Numbered from the stretch's first letter, positions 19,446 to 29,444 are shown. The stretch: 64,000 nt of DNA from Chloroflexia bacterium (GCA_049970175.1 JBMFNL010000009.1:238-64237); one strand, 5' to 3'. Program-made: numbers and translations. The notes: generated from the sequence alone by a model not told the origin.

Positions 19446-20618
19446 ATGGGCGAAACCCAGGGTTTGGGTCGAATTGTTCTTCCGGGGGATACGGACATCC
19501 GTTGCGACCCCGGGAAGGAGACGCGCCTGTTCCTGGAAAGCAGCGCGGAACGGCTGGCCCTGCACCTGGCCCGCCCCGACGTCCGTCGGGCCTATATCGA
19601 GGCCACCGCCCTCTGCAACCTGGACTGTGCGATGTGTGTCCGCCAGGTCTGGAGGGACCTGCCCGGCGAGATGTCCTGGGAGACGTTCGAGGCGGTGCGC
19701 GAGGGCCTGCGGGCCTTTCCCCACCTGAGGCAGGTCACCTTTGGCGGCTACGGCGAACCGCTCCTGCATCGCCGTTTTCCGGAGATGGCCGCCCGGATCG
19801 CCGAACTGGGGGTGGAGGTGGTCGTGACCACCAACGGCCTGCTCCTGGACGCACCGATGGCCGAGCGGTTGCTCGATGCCGGCGTGGGGCGAGTCGTCGT
19901 CTCGCTGGACACGGTGCACATCCAGGCCTATGCCCGAGCCCGAATCGCCGCCGGGATCGATCGAGTGCTGGATAACCTGCACACCCTACGGGAAAAGGCC
20001 CGGGAGCGGAAAAAGGTGCTGCCGCGAATTGGGGTGGAGTTTGTGGCCACGCGCAGCAACCTGGAGTGGCTTTCGCGCCTGCCCCATCTGGCCCGCGACC
20101 TGGAGGCCGACTTTGTGCTCGTCACCAACCTCCTGCCGCATACCGAGGAGATGGCCCACGAGGTCCTCTACGACCGCGACGAACCGCTTCCGGCCCCTAC
20201 CGGCTGGCCCGTCCCCGGCGGCGACCTGGTGCTCTGGGGGATGGCCCGGTTGCCCCGGATGAAGTGGGGGGCCTGGCGACGCTGCCGCTTTATTGAGGAG
20301 CGGGCCGTCGTGATTGGCTGGGACGGTGGGGTCAGCCCCTGTTACGCCCTGATGCACTCTTACCCCTATTACATCTACGGCCGGCGCAAAGAGGTCAGCC
20401 GCTACGTCCTGGGACGGGTGCCCGAACAGACGCTGGCCGACATCTGGATGTCCCGGGAGTATGTCCTCTTCCGCGACCGGGTGCGGGAGATGCGCTTTCC
20501 CTCCTGTGTGGACTGCGGGATGGCCTGTACCTACGCCGAGGAGAACGCCGACTGCTGGGGAAACCGCCCCTCCTGCGCCGATTGTCTGTGGGCCCAGGGC
20601 ATCGTGCAGTGCCCCTAG
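19446..20618 (+). CDS. Radical SAM/SPASM protein resembling tungsten-cofactor oxidoreductase maturases
   Basis: YIEAT..CNLDCAMC; SPASM CRFIEE...WDG.VSPCYALMH; C-terminal FPSCVDC..C....DCWGN.PSCADCLWAQG. Confidence 0.75.
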   Translation: MGETQGLGRIVLPGDTDIRCDPGKETRLFLESSAERLALHLARPDVRRAYIEATALCNLDCAMCVRQVWRDLPGEMSWETFEAVREGLRAFPHLRQVTFGGYGEPLLHRRFPEMAARIAELGVEVVVTTNGLLLDAPMAERLLDAGVGRVVVSLDTVHIQAYARARIAAGIDRVLDNLHTLREKARERKKVLPRIGVEFVATRSNLEWLSRLPHLARDLEADFVLVTNLLPHTEEMAHEVLYDRDEPLPAPTGWPVPGGDLVLWGMARLPRMKWGAWRRCRFIEERAVVIGWDGGVSPCYALMHSYPYYIYGRRKEVSRYVLGRVPEQTLADIWMSREYVLFRDRVREMRFPSCVDCGMACTYAEENADCWGNRPSCADCLWAQGIVQCP

Positions 20619-20620
20619 GG

Positions 20621-21550
20621 TTAGAGGAGGGGCGGGCGCCAGCGGGTGAGGATGTAGAACGTCCCCAATCCAAAGAGCACCTGCACCGCCAGGGCGACCA
20701 CGGTCAGGAAGAGAGCCAGCGCCCGCTGACGGCGGTGGAGCACCAGCCCCAGGAGAAAGTTGCTTCCCAGCAGGAGCAGGCCGAAGGCGGGCAATTTGAA
20801 CAGGTCCTGGGAGAGGGCGATGTAATCGGGGATGGTGCGCACGGTGCCGGCCTCCAGAATCTGGGTAAAGTGGATGGGTCCCTGGGGGTCCAGGATCGGG
20901 AAACGATGACAGAGGAGAGCCAGCAGGGCCAGGTTGGCGGCCAGGGCTGCGCCCAGGAGGGCCAGCAGAGGGCGGTCGGACCAGAGGCTCCAGCGGAAAG
21001 GCCACCAGGGGATATACTCCTGGGCCAGTTGTCGGGTGATGCCCAGGTGACGGCGGATTTCCACCTCGCGGATGAATTCTTCCGGGTGGCGAGGGGAGAG
21101 GACGAAGGTGCCTCCCTCGGTGCAGACGAGGACCTGGGCCGGCCGGCCGGCCGTGGCGTAGAATTCCACCCGGCCCAGCGTGGCCGAGCGGCCGCGCCCA
21201 CGGTGGCAGCCGGGCCAGCGCAATCCCCGCTCGCGGACGCTTTCCCCTTCGGCCCAGGGGCGAACCGCCGTGACCCGATTCATCGGGATGATCTGGCGGT
21301 TCCCTCCCCAGTGGAGGACCAGGCCGTTGCGGTCAAAGGTATACCGCAGGGTCAACCGGGCAACGCCCCAGTAAAGAAAGAGCACCCCCAGGGAGAGGCA
21401 GAGGAGGACGCCCAGGAGCAGCCAGAAGGTAAGGCCGGAGATGGGCGCGAGGGCCGGCCGGACCAGCCCGATGGCCAGCACCCAGGAACAAGCCGCCGCC
21501 AGGAAGGCGACGGCGCTGCCGGGGGAACGGACGGGACGCCAGGTATGCAT
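20621..21550 (-). CDS. Bacterial PH-domain membrane protein
   Basis: Two N-terminal TMs; LRYTFDRNGLVLHWG...IPMNRV...FVLSPRHPEEF bPH-like core; C-terminal TMs. Confidence 0.65.
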   Translation of the reverse strand: MHTWRPVRSPGSAVAFLAAACSWVLAIGLVRPALAPISGLTFWLLLGVLLCLSLGVLFLYWGVARLTLRYTFDRNGLVLHWGGNRQIIPMNRVTAVRPWAEGESVRERGLRWPGCHRGRGRSATLGRVEFYATAGRPAQVLVCTEGGTFVLSPRHPEEFIREVEIRRHLGITRQLAQEYIPWWPFRWSLWSDRPLLALLGAALAANLALLALLCHRFPILDPQGPIHFTQILEAGTVRTIPDYIALSQDLFKLPAFGLLLLGSNFLLGLVLHRRQRALALFLTVVALAVQVLFGLGTFYILTRWRPPLL

Positions 21551-21564
21551 CCGTTTCTACCGGG

Positions 21565-22059
21565 TCAGCCGGTCCTGGGGACCCGTCGCCAGCGCCACCA
21601 GGCCGCCACCGCCAGGAGGAGCAGGCCGGCCGGGATGAGGAGGAGGACCTCCCAACTGAGGCCGCCGGCCCCGCCGGGCAGTTCCCCGCCGCCGACGCCC
21701 ACCGTTGGAGTAGTCCCGACCGCCGCGCTAACCTCCGTTGGGGCGGGGGCGAAGGTGGGGACGGGAGTGACGGTAACGGCCGGCCGCGTGGTCGTGGGGA
21801 GTGGGGTCAGGGTGGGGCCGGCCGCCGGGGCGGCCGCCGTGGCCGGCGGTGCGGCCGTCGCGGTCGGGGAGGGAACGGCCTTGGGCGATCCCGCTCCCGG
21901 CGAGACCTGGGCCACCGGCCTGCCGGCCTGGGGGCGCAAGACGGTCAGGCCCAGCACCACGACGATGATGAGCAGAACGACCAGGAGGCCGATCACGATG
22001 AGCATAGGTCGGGTCGGCTTGAATCTGAACTTGCCGCCGGAACTCCCCCGGAGCGTCAT
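21565..22059 (-). CDS. Pro/Thr/Ala-rich surface protein with N-terminal TM and C-terminal LPxxG-TM-basic tail
   Basis: AGGAGGTG RBS; ELPGGAGG, hydrophobic stretch, WWRWRR. Confidence 0.6.
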   Translation of the reverse strand: MTLRGSSGGKFRFKPTRPMLIVIGLLVVLLIIVVVLGLTVLRPQAGRPVAQVSPGAGSPKAVPSPTATAAPPATAAAPAAGPTLTPLPTTTRPAVTVTPVPTFAPAPTEVSAAVGTTPTVGVGGGELPGGAGGLSWEVLLLIPAGLLLLAVAAWWRWRRVPRTG

Positions 22060-22097
22060 GAGCACCTCCTTTGGGCATTCGGTGTGATTTTATTTGC

Positions 22098-22126
22098 ATT
22101 CTACCGGAATTTTTCCAAAAAGTCAA
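22098..22126 (-). promoter_or_regulatory. Sigma70 promoter
   Basis: Minus strand TTGACT, 17 bp, TAGAAT. Confidence 0.65.
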
Positions 22127-22469
22127 GTTTTCTCAACCTGGCCCAGGCCCCGCTGACCCTCACCTCGGGGCTAAGGGGAGTAGGGTGAGGGAAACAGCCA
22201 CTGCCCGACAAACCTGGGACACACCCCAACCGGGCCTCCCTGGGGGAGACGCTTGCGGTCTCCCTGCCACCTTGGCAGCGCGACGAAGCCCGGCCCTGGT
22301 TACGCTTCCTGGGGCACCGGGACGGGCTGGGTTGGGCCTCCGCCGCCGGCCGGCCCGGCGACCCGATCGCCACCGCGACCCTCTTCCTGCACCTGGCCCG
22401 CTGAGCCCGGCCGGGGCGGTGCGCCTCCGCTCGCCAGGACGAGCGGCTGCGGCCGGTGGGCAGCAAAGA

Positions 22470-22500
22470 CCGGGCCGGCAGGCAGGTCCTGCCGGCCCGG
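22470..22500 (-). terminator. Probable intrinsic terminator of the Tad minor pilin cassette
   Basis: Perfect 13-bp stem ccgggccggcagg/cctgccggcccgg followed by tcttt on the minus strand, just after the 22515 stop. Confidence 0.55.
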
Positions 22501-22514
22501 AGGCCCGCCTTGGG

Positions 22515-23978
22515 CTATTTGATCAGGGTGATCTTCTTCGGCAGGAACTCGTTGAGCAGTTTCGAGGGGTCCATCGTCAGCGGAGCGGTGGGCGCGGCGA
22601 TGGCATAGGCCGTGTTCGGTTGTCCCTGGATGCAATCCACGTAACTCTGCCAGTTCCCCGGCTGGCGGTTCCCGCAGTTCTTGTCAAAGTTGTTGCCGTA
22701 GCCGACGATATAGGCTCCGAAGTAACCCACCACCAGGGCCACATCGTTGCCCGGCCAGCCGTTGCCGTAGTAGCCGTTATAGACCAGGATGACGATGCGC
22801 TCGCCGGGGGCGTAACGGCCCTCCACATACTTGCCGTCGTCGTACATCGCCTGGGCCATCCGGCTGGAGACCGTGCCGTAGAGGAACATCAGGCCGCTGT
22901 AGGGCGAGGAGTGGTTCGTTTCCGGATAGTTGAAACAGTTATCCTCATTGGCCGGGAGAGTCCAGCAATAGCCCCACTCGTCAATATAATCCGGCGGCGG
23001 CTCGAAGAGGGCCTTGGGAAGCGGCGTCTTGCGGTAGCCGCCCTGGCGGATGATTTCCTCCATATGCTGCTTGACATCTCCCTGAGGCGGCGGGCTCACG
23101 TCATGGAGCCACTGGTCGTTATCCACCAGATAGTGCCACCGGCCGCCGTCCACCAGGGCGTCGTAGCGATAGTCCAGTTCGACCCCGCTGCGCGGGTTGG
23201 AGGGGCTGGGGACGGGCTTGGCATCGCCTCCCAGGATGGCAAAGGCCTTGCCAAAGTTCTCATAGTACCCCTCATAGGGCCCCTGGCAGGTGTTGTTGTT
23301 ATAGGGGTCGGGGCAGGGGTTGCGGAACCAGGTCGTCCCGCCGTCGTTGCTGGAGAAGGGAGGCAACTGGCCGGGGTCGCGGACGAAACTGTAAGGGACG
23401 CCGCAGTGATCATAAGGACAATGGCCCTCACTTCCCTCCCAATATTCGTTCACCGCGATCGGCAGGACGCCGCCATCGGGCTCGTAGCGGGCCGTGGCCG
23501 AGGCCGTGGCGGCGACGGTCCGCCATCCCACGACCTGGGCAAAGAAGGTCGTGCGGCTGATGGTGACCACCGCCTCGATTCCCCGGGCCCCTCCGGGGAT
23601 GACGTCCGGGCCGGCGTGCAGTTCCCAGTCCCCGCCGCCGAAACTCAACCGATTGCCGTCGGCATCCACGTAGTAGGCGAGCACGTTGTCGTTGATCGCA
23701 TCCCCCGGGACGCCGTTGGTATCGGGGACGCCGTTGCGCTCGGCGTACTGGTTTACCTTGCGCAGGATATCGGCCACCGGCGAGATGCCCTGGTAATCCA
23801 CCATCACCCAGGTGCCGGCGATGGCCGCCCCATCGGCCGCGCTCTGGGCCTGCCGCCGGGTGTAGTAGGCGTTGCCGCCGTCCACCGCCAGCGCCACAAA
23901 GGCCAGGAGCGCCACCGCCGCCAAGGCGACCAGGACGATGGTCTGCCCGCGGCTGCGAAATGCGGTAAATCCGTACAT
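22515..23978 (-). CDS. TadG-like (Flp/Tad pilus) minor pilin
   Basis: RGQTIVLVAL...LAVDGGNAY..RRQAQSAAD.AA.AG N-terminus; RBS GGAGGTG before ATG 23978. Confidence 0.8.
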   Translation of the reverse strand: MYGFTAFRSRGQTIVLVALAAVALLAFVALAVDGGNAYYTRRQAQSAADGAAIAGTWVMVDYQGISPVADILRKVNQYAERNGVPDTNGVPGDAINDNVLAYYVDADGNRLSFGGGDWELHAGPDVIPGGARGIEAVVTISRTTFFAQVVGWRTVAATASATARYEPDGGVLPIAVNEYWEGSEGHCPYDHCGVPYSFVRDPGQLPPFSSNDGGTTWFRNPCPDPYNNNTCQGPYEGYYENFGKAFAILGGDAKPVPSPSNPRSGVELDYRYDALVDGGRWHYLVDNDQWLHDVSPPPQGDVKQHMEEIIRQGGYRKTPLPKALFEPPPDYIDEWGYCWTLPANEDNCFNYPETNHSSPYSGLMFLYGTVSSRMAQAMYDDGKYVEGRYAPGERIVILVYNGYYGNGWPGNDVALVVGYFGAYIVGYGNNFDKNCGNRQPGNWQSYVDCIQGQPNTAYAIAAPTAPLTMDPSKLLNEFLPKKITLIK

Positions 23979-24016
23979 CGTGCACCTCCACGCGGGAAAG
24001 GCCCGCCTCATCCCTT

Positions 24017-24505
24017 TCAGGGAATCAACTGCTGCGTATCCCGGCGAATCCAGATGGTGTCGGCCCCAAAGGCGCTGAGGAAGGGCAGGATGGGTTTGAA
24101 CGGATAGACCACCGTGACGGTGATCATCGTCCCCGGCTCCGCCGGATGCTCCAGGTCCAGCGTCACGGTGTACACCAGGTCATCCGGATCGATCCAGACT
24201 CCGGTGGATTCGTGCTTGACCCGGTACTCGATCGAGTTCTGCGTGCCGCCGCAGTAGGCCTGGCCGTCGTTTTCCGTCTGACAGTACGGGTTGGCCATGC
24301 CGAAAAGCGAGCCCTCGGCGGCGGCGTTCTCCAGGGTGACCACGGTAAAGTAGGCCCGCCCCAGGTCCAGGACGGCCAGGAGAAAAATAAGGAAAAGGGC
24401 CATCACCAGGGCAAACTCGACCACCGCCTGCCCGCGCCCTCTGCGCTTTTCCTCGGATCCGGATCGCCGGTTCCACCCCTGTTTTTTGGACATCTTTTTC
24501 CCCAC
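24017..24505 (-). CDS. TadE-like minor pilin
   Basis: RGQAVVEFALV...DLGRAY....LENAAAEG. Confidence 0.82.
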   Translation of the reverse strand: MGKKMSKKQGWNRRSGSEEKRRGRGQAVVEFALVMALFLIFLLAVLDLGRAYFTVVTLENAAAEGSLFGMANPYCQTENDGQAYCGGTQNSIEYRVKHESTGVWIDPDDLVYTVTLDLEHPAEPGTMITVTVVYPFKPILPFLSAFGADTIWIRRDTQQLIP

Positions 24506-25903
24506 TTATGGACAACTGGAGCAATTCGGGGTGCTCCCCGTGTTGGCCGTGACGGTGCCGTCCGTGTAGCCGGTTTTCGAGGCCGTTACCGTTACATCTC
24601 GATCGTTCGCATAGGTATTGGTCGAGACCCAACAGTTGCCGCCGGAGCCGCCGTAGTACCCGCCTCCCAGGGAAGTTAGGGTGGCCGTTTCGCCCCCCGC
24701 GATCTGGACCGTCACCGTGGCATCGCTCACCGGGTTTCCTCCGGAATCGGTTACCCTCACCTTGACCCGAATATACTTGGGAGGGGTTTGCGCCCGGCAG
24801 GGATAGTTGGGGACAAAAGTAACCACCAATGTCTGGGGCGTTGGAGTGAGTGTAGGTGTTTGGGTGGGCGTGTTGCTGGGCGTCGGCGTATTGCTGGGCG
24901 TCGGGGTGTTGCTGGGCGTGGGCGTGTTGCTGGGCGTGGGCGTCCAGGTGGGGATGGGGGTATAGGTGGGCAGCGGCGTGTTCGTCGGCGTGGGCGTGGG
25001 GATCGGCGTAGGCGTGGGGGTCGGCGGCACCGGGCAGGCGCTGCAGACCGGGTTATCGCCCGTATTCCTCGTAACACTGCCGGAGGTGTAGCCGGCCTTG
25101 CTGGCCGTGGCGGTCACGTTCTGGTCGGTGTATTTGTCGCCCGACGAGGTCCAGCAATCGCCGCCGGAGCCGCCGTAGTAGCCGTCCCCCAGGTCGGTCA
25201 GGGTGGCCCCTTCCAGGTTCAGGGTGACGGTGGCCCCCTCCACCGGGTTGCCGCCGGCATCGGTCACCCGCACCTTGACCCGGATGCGCCCCTTGTTCGG
25301 GTTGAACTCCTGCCCCCGGCACGGGTAGCCGCTCAGGTACTGGATGTAGAGGGGCGGAGGGCCTGCGGGCGGTGTGGGGGTGGGGGTGAAGGGGGCAGGC
25401 GTGTTCGTCGGCGGGATCGGGATCGGCGTGTTGGTCGGCCCGGCCGGCTGGGTGGGCTTGTGGGCCCGGGTCCCGGCTACGATCGTCCGCGCCGAGGTGA
25501 ACTCGATGGTGGTCGGGGGAAAGAGGCTCGAAATCAGGGGCGTGAGCATCGAGAAGGGGTAACTGACCTTGACGACGATGCGGCTCCGCCCCTCCTCGAT
25601 CAGGCTCGGATCGGTAAAGACCCCCCCGTCGGTGCCGTCGTCGTAGTGGACGTCGATGGTCACGTCATCCGGCGGCACCAGGACGAGCGTTCGGGTGACC
25701 GCATGCTGAATATAGTCGAAATCCAGCGGCTCGACGATGCCGGCCCGGACGCCCTCACGGGCGGCGTTGGAGACCACCGCGTAGATGAAAAAGGCCCGGG
25801 CGAACTCGATCAGCCCAATCAGGATGAGCAGCAGAATCGGCAGAACCAGGGCCATCTCGACCAGGGACTGGCCGCGCCGTCCGTTTTTCCTCTGTGTACC
25901 CAT
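24506..25903 (-). CDS. TadE-like minor pilin with two tandem Cys-containing C-terminal domains and P/T linkers
   Basis: [13 protein letters not shown]...NAAREGVR; duplicated YPCR...[18 protein letters not shown]...[10 protein letters not shown]...CS.CP. Confidence 0.8.
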   Translation of the reverse strand: MGTQRKNGRRGQSLVEMALVLPILLLILIGLIEFARAFFIYAVVSNAAREGVRAGIVEPLDFDYIQHAVTRTLVLVPPDDVTIDVHYDDGTDGGVFTDPSLIEEGRSRIVVKVSYPFSMLTPLISSLFPPTTIEFTSARTIVAGTRAHKPTQPAGPTNTPIPIPPTNTPAPFTPTPTPPAGPPPLYIQYLSGYPCRGQEFNPNKGRIRVKVRVTDAGGNPVEGATVTLNLEGATLTDLGDGYYGGSGGDCWTSSGDKYTDQNVTATASKAGYTSGSVTRNTGDNPVCSACPVPPTPTPTPIPTPTPTNTPLPTYTPIPTWTPTPSNTPTPSNTPTPSNTPTPSNTPTQTPTLTPTPQTLVVTFVPNYPCRAQTPPKYIRVKVRVTDSGGNPVSDATVTVQIAGGETATLTSLGGGYYGGSGGNCWVSTNTYANDRDVTVTASKTGYTDGTVTANTGSTPNCSSCP

Positions 25904-25940
25904 AGGTCGCCCTCACGACGATTCACCCAGTGCTATGTTC

Positions 25941-26077
25941 ATCATACGAGCCCCTGCCCACTTGTCAATAGGAAGGAAGTACTGTTTTTCGGCCCGGTTT
26001 TGAAAAGTTTTCCGGCCGAAACCGTCTGTATAGCCAGATTTTTTCGGCCTTGACAAAGGAGGGCCGGCTGGTAAGAT
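25941..26077. promoter_or_regulatory. Divergent sigma70 promoter pair
   Basis: Minus: TTGACA, 16 bp, TATGAT (25968-25941); plus: TTGACA, 16 bp, TAAGAT (26050-26077). Confidence 0.5.
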
Positions 26078-26109
26078 GGATGAAGAGATGAATCCAGAGG
26101 AGGAAAACG

Positions 26110-27030
26110 ATGAAACGGTGGTACCGGTTGGCGATCGCTTCGGCCTTTTTCGGCCTGCTGGTCGGTTGCGCGCCGGCGGCGCAGCCGACCCCCGAGCCCC
26201 CGCCGCTTGAGAAGGCCGAGGCGATCTATGGAGAGGTCGTGCCGGCACCGGCCCCATCGGCGCATCTGGTCCCGCAGGCCGATAGCGCCGACTACCTCCG
26301 GGCGGCCCGCTCGGAGGGCCGCATGATCATCAGCACCGCCCAGTTGACCCTGATCGTGGACGACGTCGCCACCACCCTGGAGGAGGTATGGCGACTGGTC
26401 GAACGTTTCCAGGGCTATACCGTCGAGGCCACTTCCTACCGCACCGCCACCGATAACCTGGCCGCCACCGTGACCATCCGGGTCCCCTCGGAGCGCTTCG
26501 GCGAGGCGCTGGCCGAACTGCGCAAACTGGCCTGGAAGGTACAGCGGGAGAGCACCTCCGGCGAGGATGTGACCGACCAGTACGTGGACCTGGAGGCCCG
26601 GTTAAAGGCCCAGAAGGCGACGGAGGAGGAACTCCTGGCCCTGCTCCGGGAGGTACGCCAGAGCGAGGGTAACGCCCAGGAAAAGGCCGAGGCCATCCTG
26701 AGTATCTACCAGCGCCTGACCGAGGTACGTACCCAGATCGAGCAAATCCAGGGCCAGATGCAGTACCTGGAGAAGATGTCGGCCATGGCCACGATTACCC
26801 TGGAACTTCTTCCCCGCGAGCCGGAGGTGGAAAAACCGGTGGTGGAGGAAGGTTTTGACCCGCTGCGCACGCTCCGCGAGGCCGCCCGCGTCCTGGTGCA
26901 GATTCTCCAGGGCCTGGTCAACGCCTTGATCTGGGTGGCCGTGGTCGCCCTTCCGTTCTGGGCCGTCGTCGGCCTGCTCGTCTTCCTGTGGGTTCGCTGG
27001 CGACGCCGGCGCGCCGCCAGAAAGGTGTAA
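26110..27030 (+). CDS. DUF4349 family lipoprotein
   Basis: Lipobox LLVGC; RMII.TA.LTL.V; TIRVPSERF; EDVTDQYVDLEARL; C-terminal TM. Confidence 0.85.
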   Translation: MKRWYRLAIASAFFGLLVGCAPAAQPTPEPPPLEKAEAIYGEVVPAPAPSAHLVPQADSADYLRAARSEGRMIISTAQLTLIVDDVATTLEEVWRLVERFQGYTVEATSYRTATDNLAATVTIRVPSERFGEALAELRKLAWKVQRESTSGEDVTDQYVDLEARLKAQKATEEELLALLREVRQSEGNAQEKAEAILSIYQRLTEVRTQIEQIQGQMQYLEKMSAMATITLELLPREPEVEKPVVEEGFDPLRTLREAARVLVQILQGLVNALIWVAVVALPFWAVVGLLVFLWVRWRRRRAARKV

Positions 27031-27052
27031 AGGAAAAAAGGAGGTTTTCCCG

Positions 27053-27850
27053 ATGCGTAACACGATGTGCTCCCGAACCCTGAAGAAACTGCCCTTCCTG
27101 CTCCTTCTGCTCCTGGTGCCGGTTCTGCCGGCCTGCACGCCCTCCACACCGGTAGTCAGCGCCGGCGGTGGCGGAGAGGGTCTGGCCTATGCCTCCATCC
27201 CCGCCAACACTACCTACACCCCGGGGCTGACGGTGGTCGGCACGGGGACAGAGGAGGCCGATCCGGAACTCGCCTACGTCACCGTGGGCGTGGACCTGAA
27301 GGGGGATCAACCCCAAAGTGTGGTGAACGAGGCGAGCGCCCGGATGGATGCCATCCTGAAGGCAGTGCAGGCGGCCGGCGTGGAGGAAAAGGACATCCGC
27401 ACCGTCGGCTATAACCTCTGGGTCGAGCAGCGCTATGACCCCCAGACCGGCCAGCCGACCGGGGTGGTCGAGTACCATATCGTCCACACCGTGCGCCTCA
27501 CCGTGCGCGACCTGGGGAAGGTGGGGGCGCTTCTGGCCGCCGTCGTGGAGGCCGGCGCCAACACCGTAAACGAGGTTACCTACAGCGTGGCCGATCCGGA
27601 GGCCCTGGTCGCCCGGGCCCGGCAAAAGGCCATCGCCGACGCTCAGAAAAAGGCCGAGGAGATGGCCGCCGCCCTCGACCTCAGTTTGGGCAAGGTGCTC
27701 TCGGTGAGCGAGTCGGGCGGGTGGGTGCCCGGCCCGGTGTACAAAGCCGCGGGGGGCGGGTATGAAGCGGCGGCGGTGCCTCTGGTGCCTCTTCCGGCCG
27801 GCACCTTCTCCGTCAGCGTGAGCGTGGTGGTGGTCTACGAACTGCCCTAG
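27053..27850 (+). CDS. SIMPL (DUF541) domain lipoprotein
   Basis: LPAC lipobox; TVVGTG.EEADPELAYVTVGV; GVEEKDIRT; AR.KAI.DA..KAE.MA; V.VVYEL. Confidence 0.88.
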   Translation: MRNTMCSRTLKKLPFLLLLLLVPVLPACTPSTPVVSAGGGGEGLAYASIPANTTYTPGLTVVGTGTEEADPELAYVTVGVDLKGDQPQSVVNEASARMDAILKAVQAAGVEEKDIRTVGYNLWVEQRYDPQTGQPTGVVEYHIVHTVRLTVRDLGKVGALLAAVVEAGANTVNEVTYSVADPEALVARARQKAIADAQKKAEEMAAALDLSLGKVLSVSESGGWVPGPVYKAAGGGYEAAAVPLVPLPAGTFSVSVSVVVVYELP

Positions 27851-27861
27851 GTCCGGTACAC

Positions 27862-27900
27862 TTCCCCTTCCCCCGTGAGGTCGGGGGAGGGGGATTTTTT
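27862..27900 (+). terminator. Intrinsic terminator
   Basis: C-rich/G-rich stem followed by ttttttt. Confidence 0.65.
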
Positions 27901-27954
27901 ATGCCCGGGGCAGGGGGGCGCAAGAAGCAAGGAAACCCCGTCCCCGCGGAACGT

Positions 27955-29286
27955 TTACCCGGCTTCCAGGCGACGCAGGGCTCGCACCACCTGGTGCATC
28001 CGTTCGGCCAGGAAGATCGGCCGGCCCAATTCCCGCTCCAGTTCCTCGACCGAGACCTCGTCCAGCGTCCTCCCGCGCTCGTCGAAGGCGGTTCGGGGCA
28101 GGAAGAGGATCTCACCCTGCGCCTTCCGGAGGCCGGCCCGCAGCGCCTCCCCGGTCAGGAGGCCCGAGACGGTAACGGTGGGGCCGAAGGTGATGTTCTC
28201 CACGGGGAGGACCTCGATGGACAATTCCTGGCAGGAGGCCAATTCCCCGGCCAGGCGCGAGAGGAGTGGGGCGATGAGCGTGCCGCAGGCCAGGGTCAGG
28301 CGACGAGGGTGGAAACGTTCCTGGGAAATCTGCCGACGCAGCCGGACCCAGTCGTCCAGGAGGAGGCGCACCAAGCCGACGCCGTTCTCGACCTGGGGGA
28401 AGCCGTCGTAGAGGCGGGCGGAAGGGACGGGCCGGCCGGCCAGGAGGTAGAATTCGTCCGCCGGGTAGAGGAAGGAGCACCCCCACATCCGGCGGAAGGC
28501 CCGCCGGCGGGGTTCGGCCCAGCGCAGGAGGTCTCGGGCCTCGGCGGAGGTATAGGGGCGCAGGGGGAAGTGTCCTTCCAGGCCGGATGGGGCCGGCCGG
28601 CGGAAGCGCGTCAGCCCCACCGGGACCAGGGATATGGAGCGCACCGTGGGGAAGAGGCCGGCCAGGTCCGCCACGGTGCGCTCCAGGTGAACCCCGTCGT
28701 TCCCGCCGGGGCAGAGCACGACCTGGGCGTGTATGGCGATGCCCAGCCGGGCCAGCCGGGCCAGTTGCTCCCGGATGTCGGGGAGGTCGGGCCGGCCCAG
28801 GAGGAGGCGACGCAACTCCGGTTCGGTGGCGTGTACCGAGACGTAGAGCGGGCTCAGGCGTTGCTCGGCCAGGCGTTCCCAATCCTCCGGGCGCAGGTTG
28901 GTCAGGGTGACAAAGTTGCCGTAGAGGAAGGAGAGGCGGTAGTCGTCGTCGCGCAGGTAGAGGCCGGGGCGAAGGCCGGCCGGCAACTGGTCCAGGAAAC
29001 AGAAGGGGCAGCGGTTGGCGCAGGGGCGGATCCGGTCGAAGATGGGGTGGGTGAAGGCGATGCCCCAGTCGCTTCCGGGCGGCCGGCGCAGCGTGACCGT
29101 CCGTTTCTCGCCGCCCCGGAGGACCTCGAAGGTGGCCCGGGGGCCGTCGGCATAGAAGCGAAAGTCGATGATATCGCGCAGGGGCCGGCCGTTGGCCGAG
29201 AGCAGCCGGTCTCCCGGGAGCAACCCGGCGGCGCGGGCCACCCCGGTCACGGCGACGATCTCTCCACCCGGTTGTTCGGCGGCCAT
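27955..29286 (-). CDS. DUF512 / PDZ-containing radical-SAM-like Fe-S protein
   Basis: N-terminal PDZ; CANRCPFCFLDQLP.GLR..LY..DDDYRLSFLYGNFVTLTN; FPQVENGVG. Confidence 0.88.
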   Translation of the reverse strand: MAAEQPGGEIVAVTGVARAAGLLPGDRLLSANGRPLRDIIDFRFYADGPRATFEVLRGGEKRTVTLRRPPGSDWGIAFTHPIFDRIRPCANRCPFCFLDQLPAGLRPGLYLRDDDYRLSFLYGNFVTLTNLRPEDWERLAEQRLSPLYVSVHATEPELRRLLLGRPDLPDIREQLARLARLGIAIHAQVVLCPGGNDGVHLERTVADLAGLFPTVRSISLVPVGLTRFRRPAPSGLEGHFPLRPYTSAEARDLLRWAEPRRRAFRRMWGCSFLYPADEFYLLAGRPVPSARLYDGFPQVENGVGLVRLLLDDWVRLRRQISQERFHPRRLTLACGTLIAPLLSRLAGELASCQELSIEVLPVENITFGPTVTVSGLLTGEALRAGLRKAQGEILFLPRTAFDERGRTLDEVSVEELERELGRPIFLAERMHQVVRALRRLEAG

Positions 29287-29415
29287 GTCCTCCCGCCTCC
29301 CCGGCCGGCCCTCCATCGGGAACATCCGGGGGCTGGCCGGCCCGTTTCCGATGCCAGGGTTGGCAACCATTGTACCATATTTCCGCCTCCGAGGACAAAA
29401 AGTGTGGTTGCCCTC

Positions 29416-29444
29416 TTGACAAATCGGGGCAAACGTGCTAAACT
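29416..29444 (+). promoter_or_regulatory. Sigma70 promoter of the hrcA operon
   Basis: TTGACA, 17 bp, TAAACT. Confidence 0.75.

Noticed and set aside
22140-22465. RNase P, SRP or tmRNA gene
   Set aside because: Conserved cores (GAGGAAAGUCC, GGAAGGAAGCAGC, tRNA-like ends) not found on either strand
22071-24107. Long plus-strand ORF (678 aa); likewise 30465-32795, 37964-39735, 51932-53758, 57058-60760
   Set aside because: Antisense shadows of well-supported genes; no family motifs
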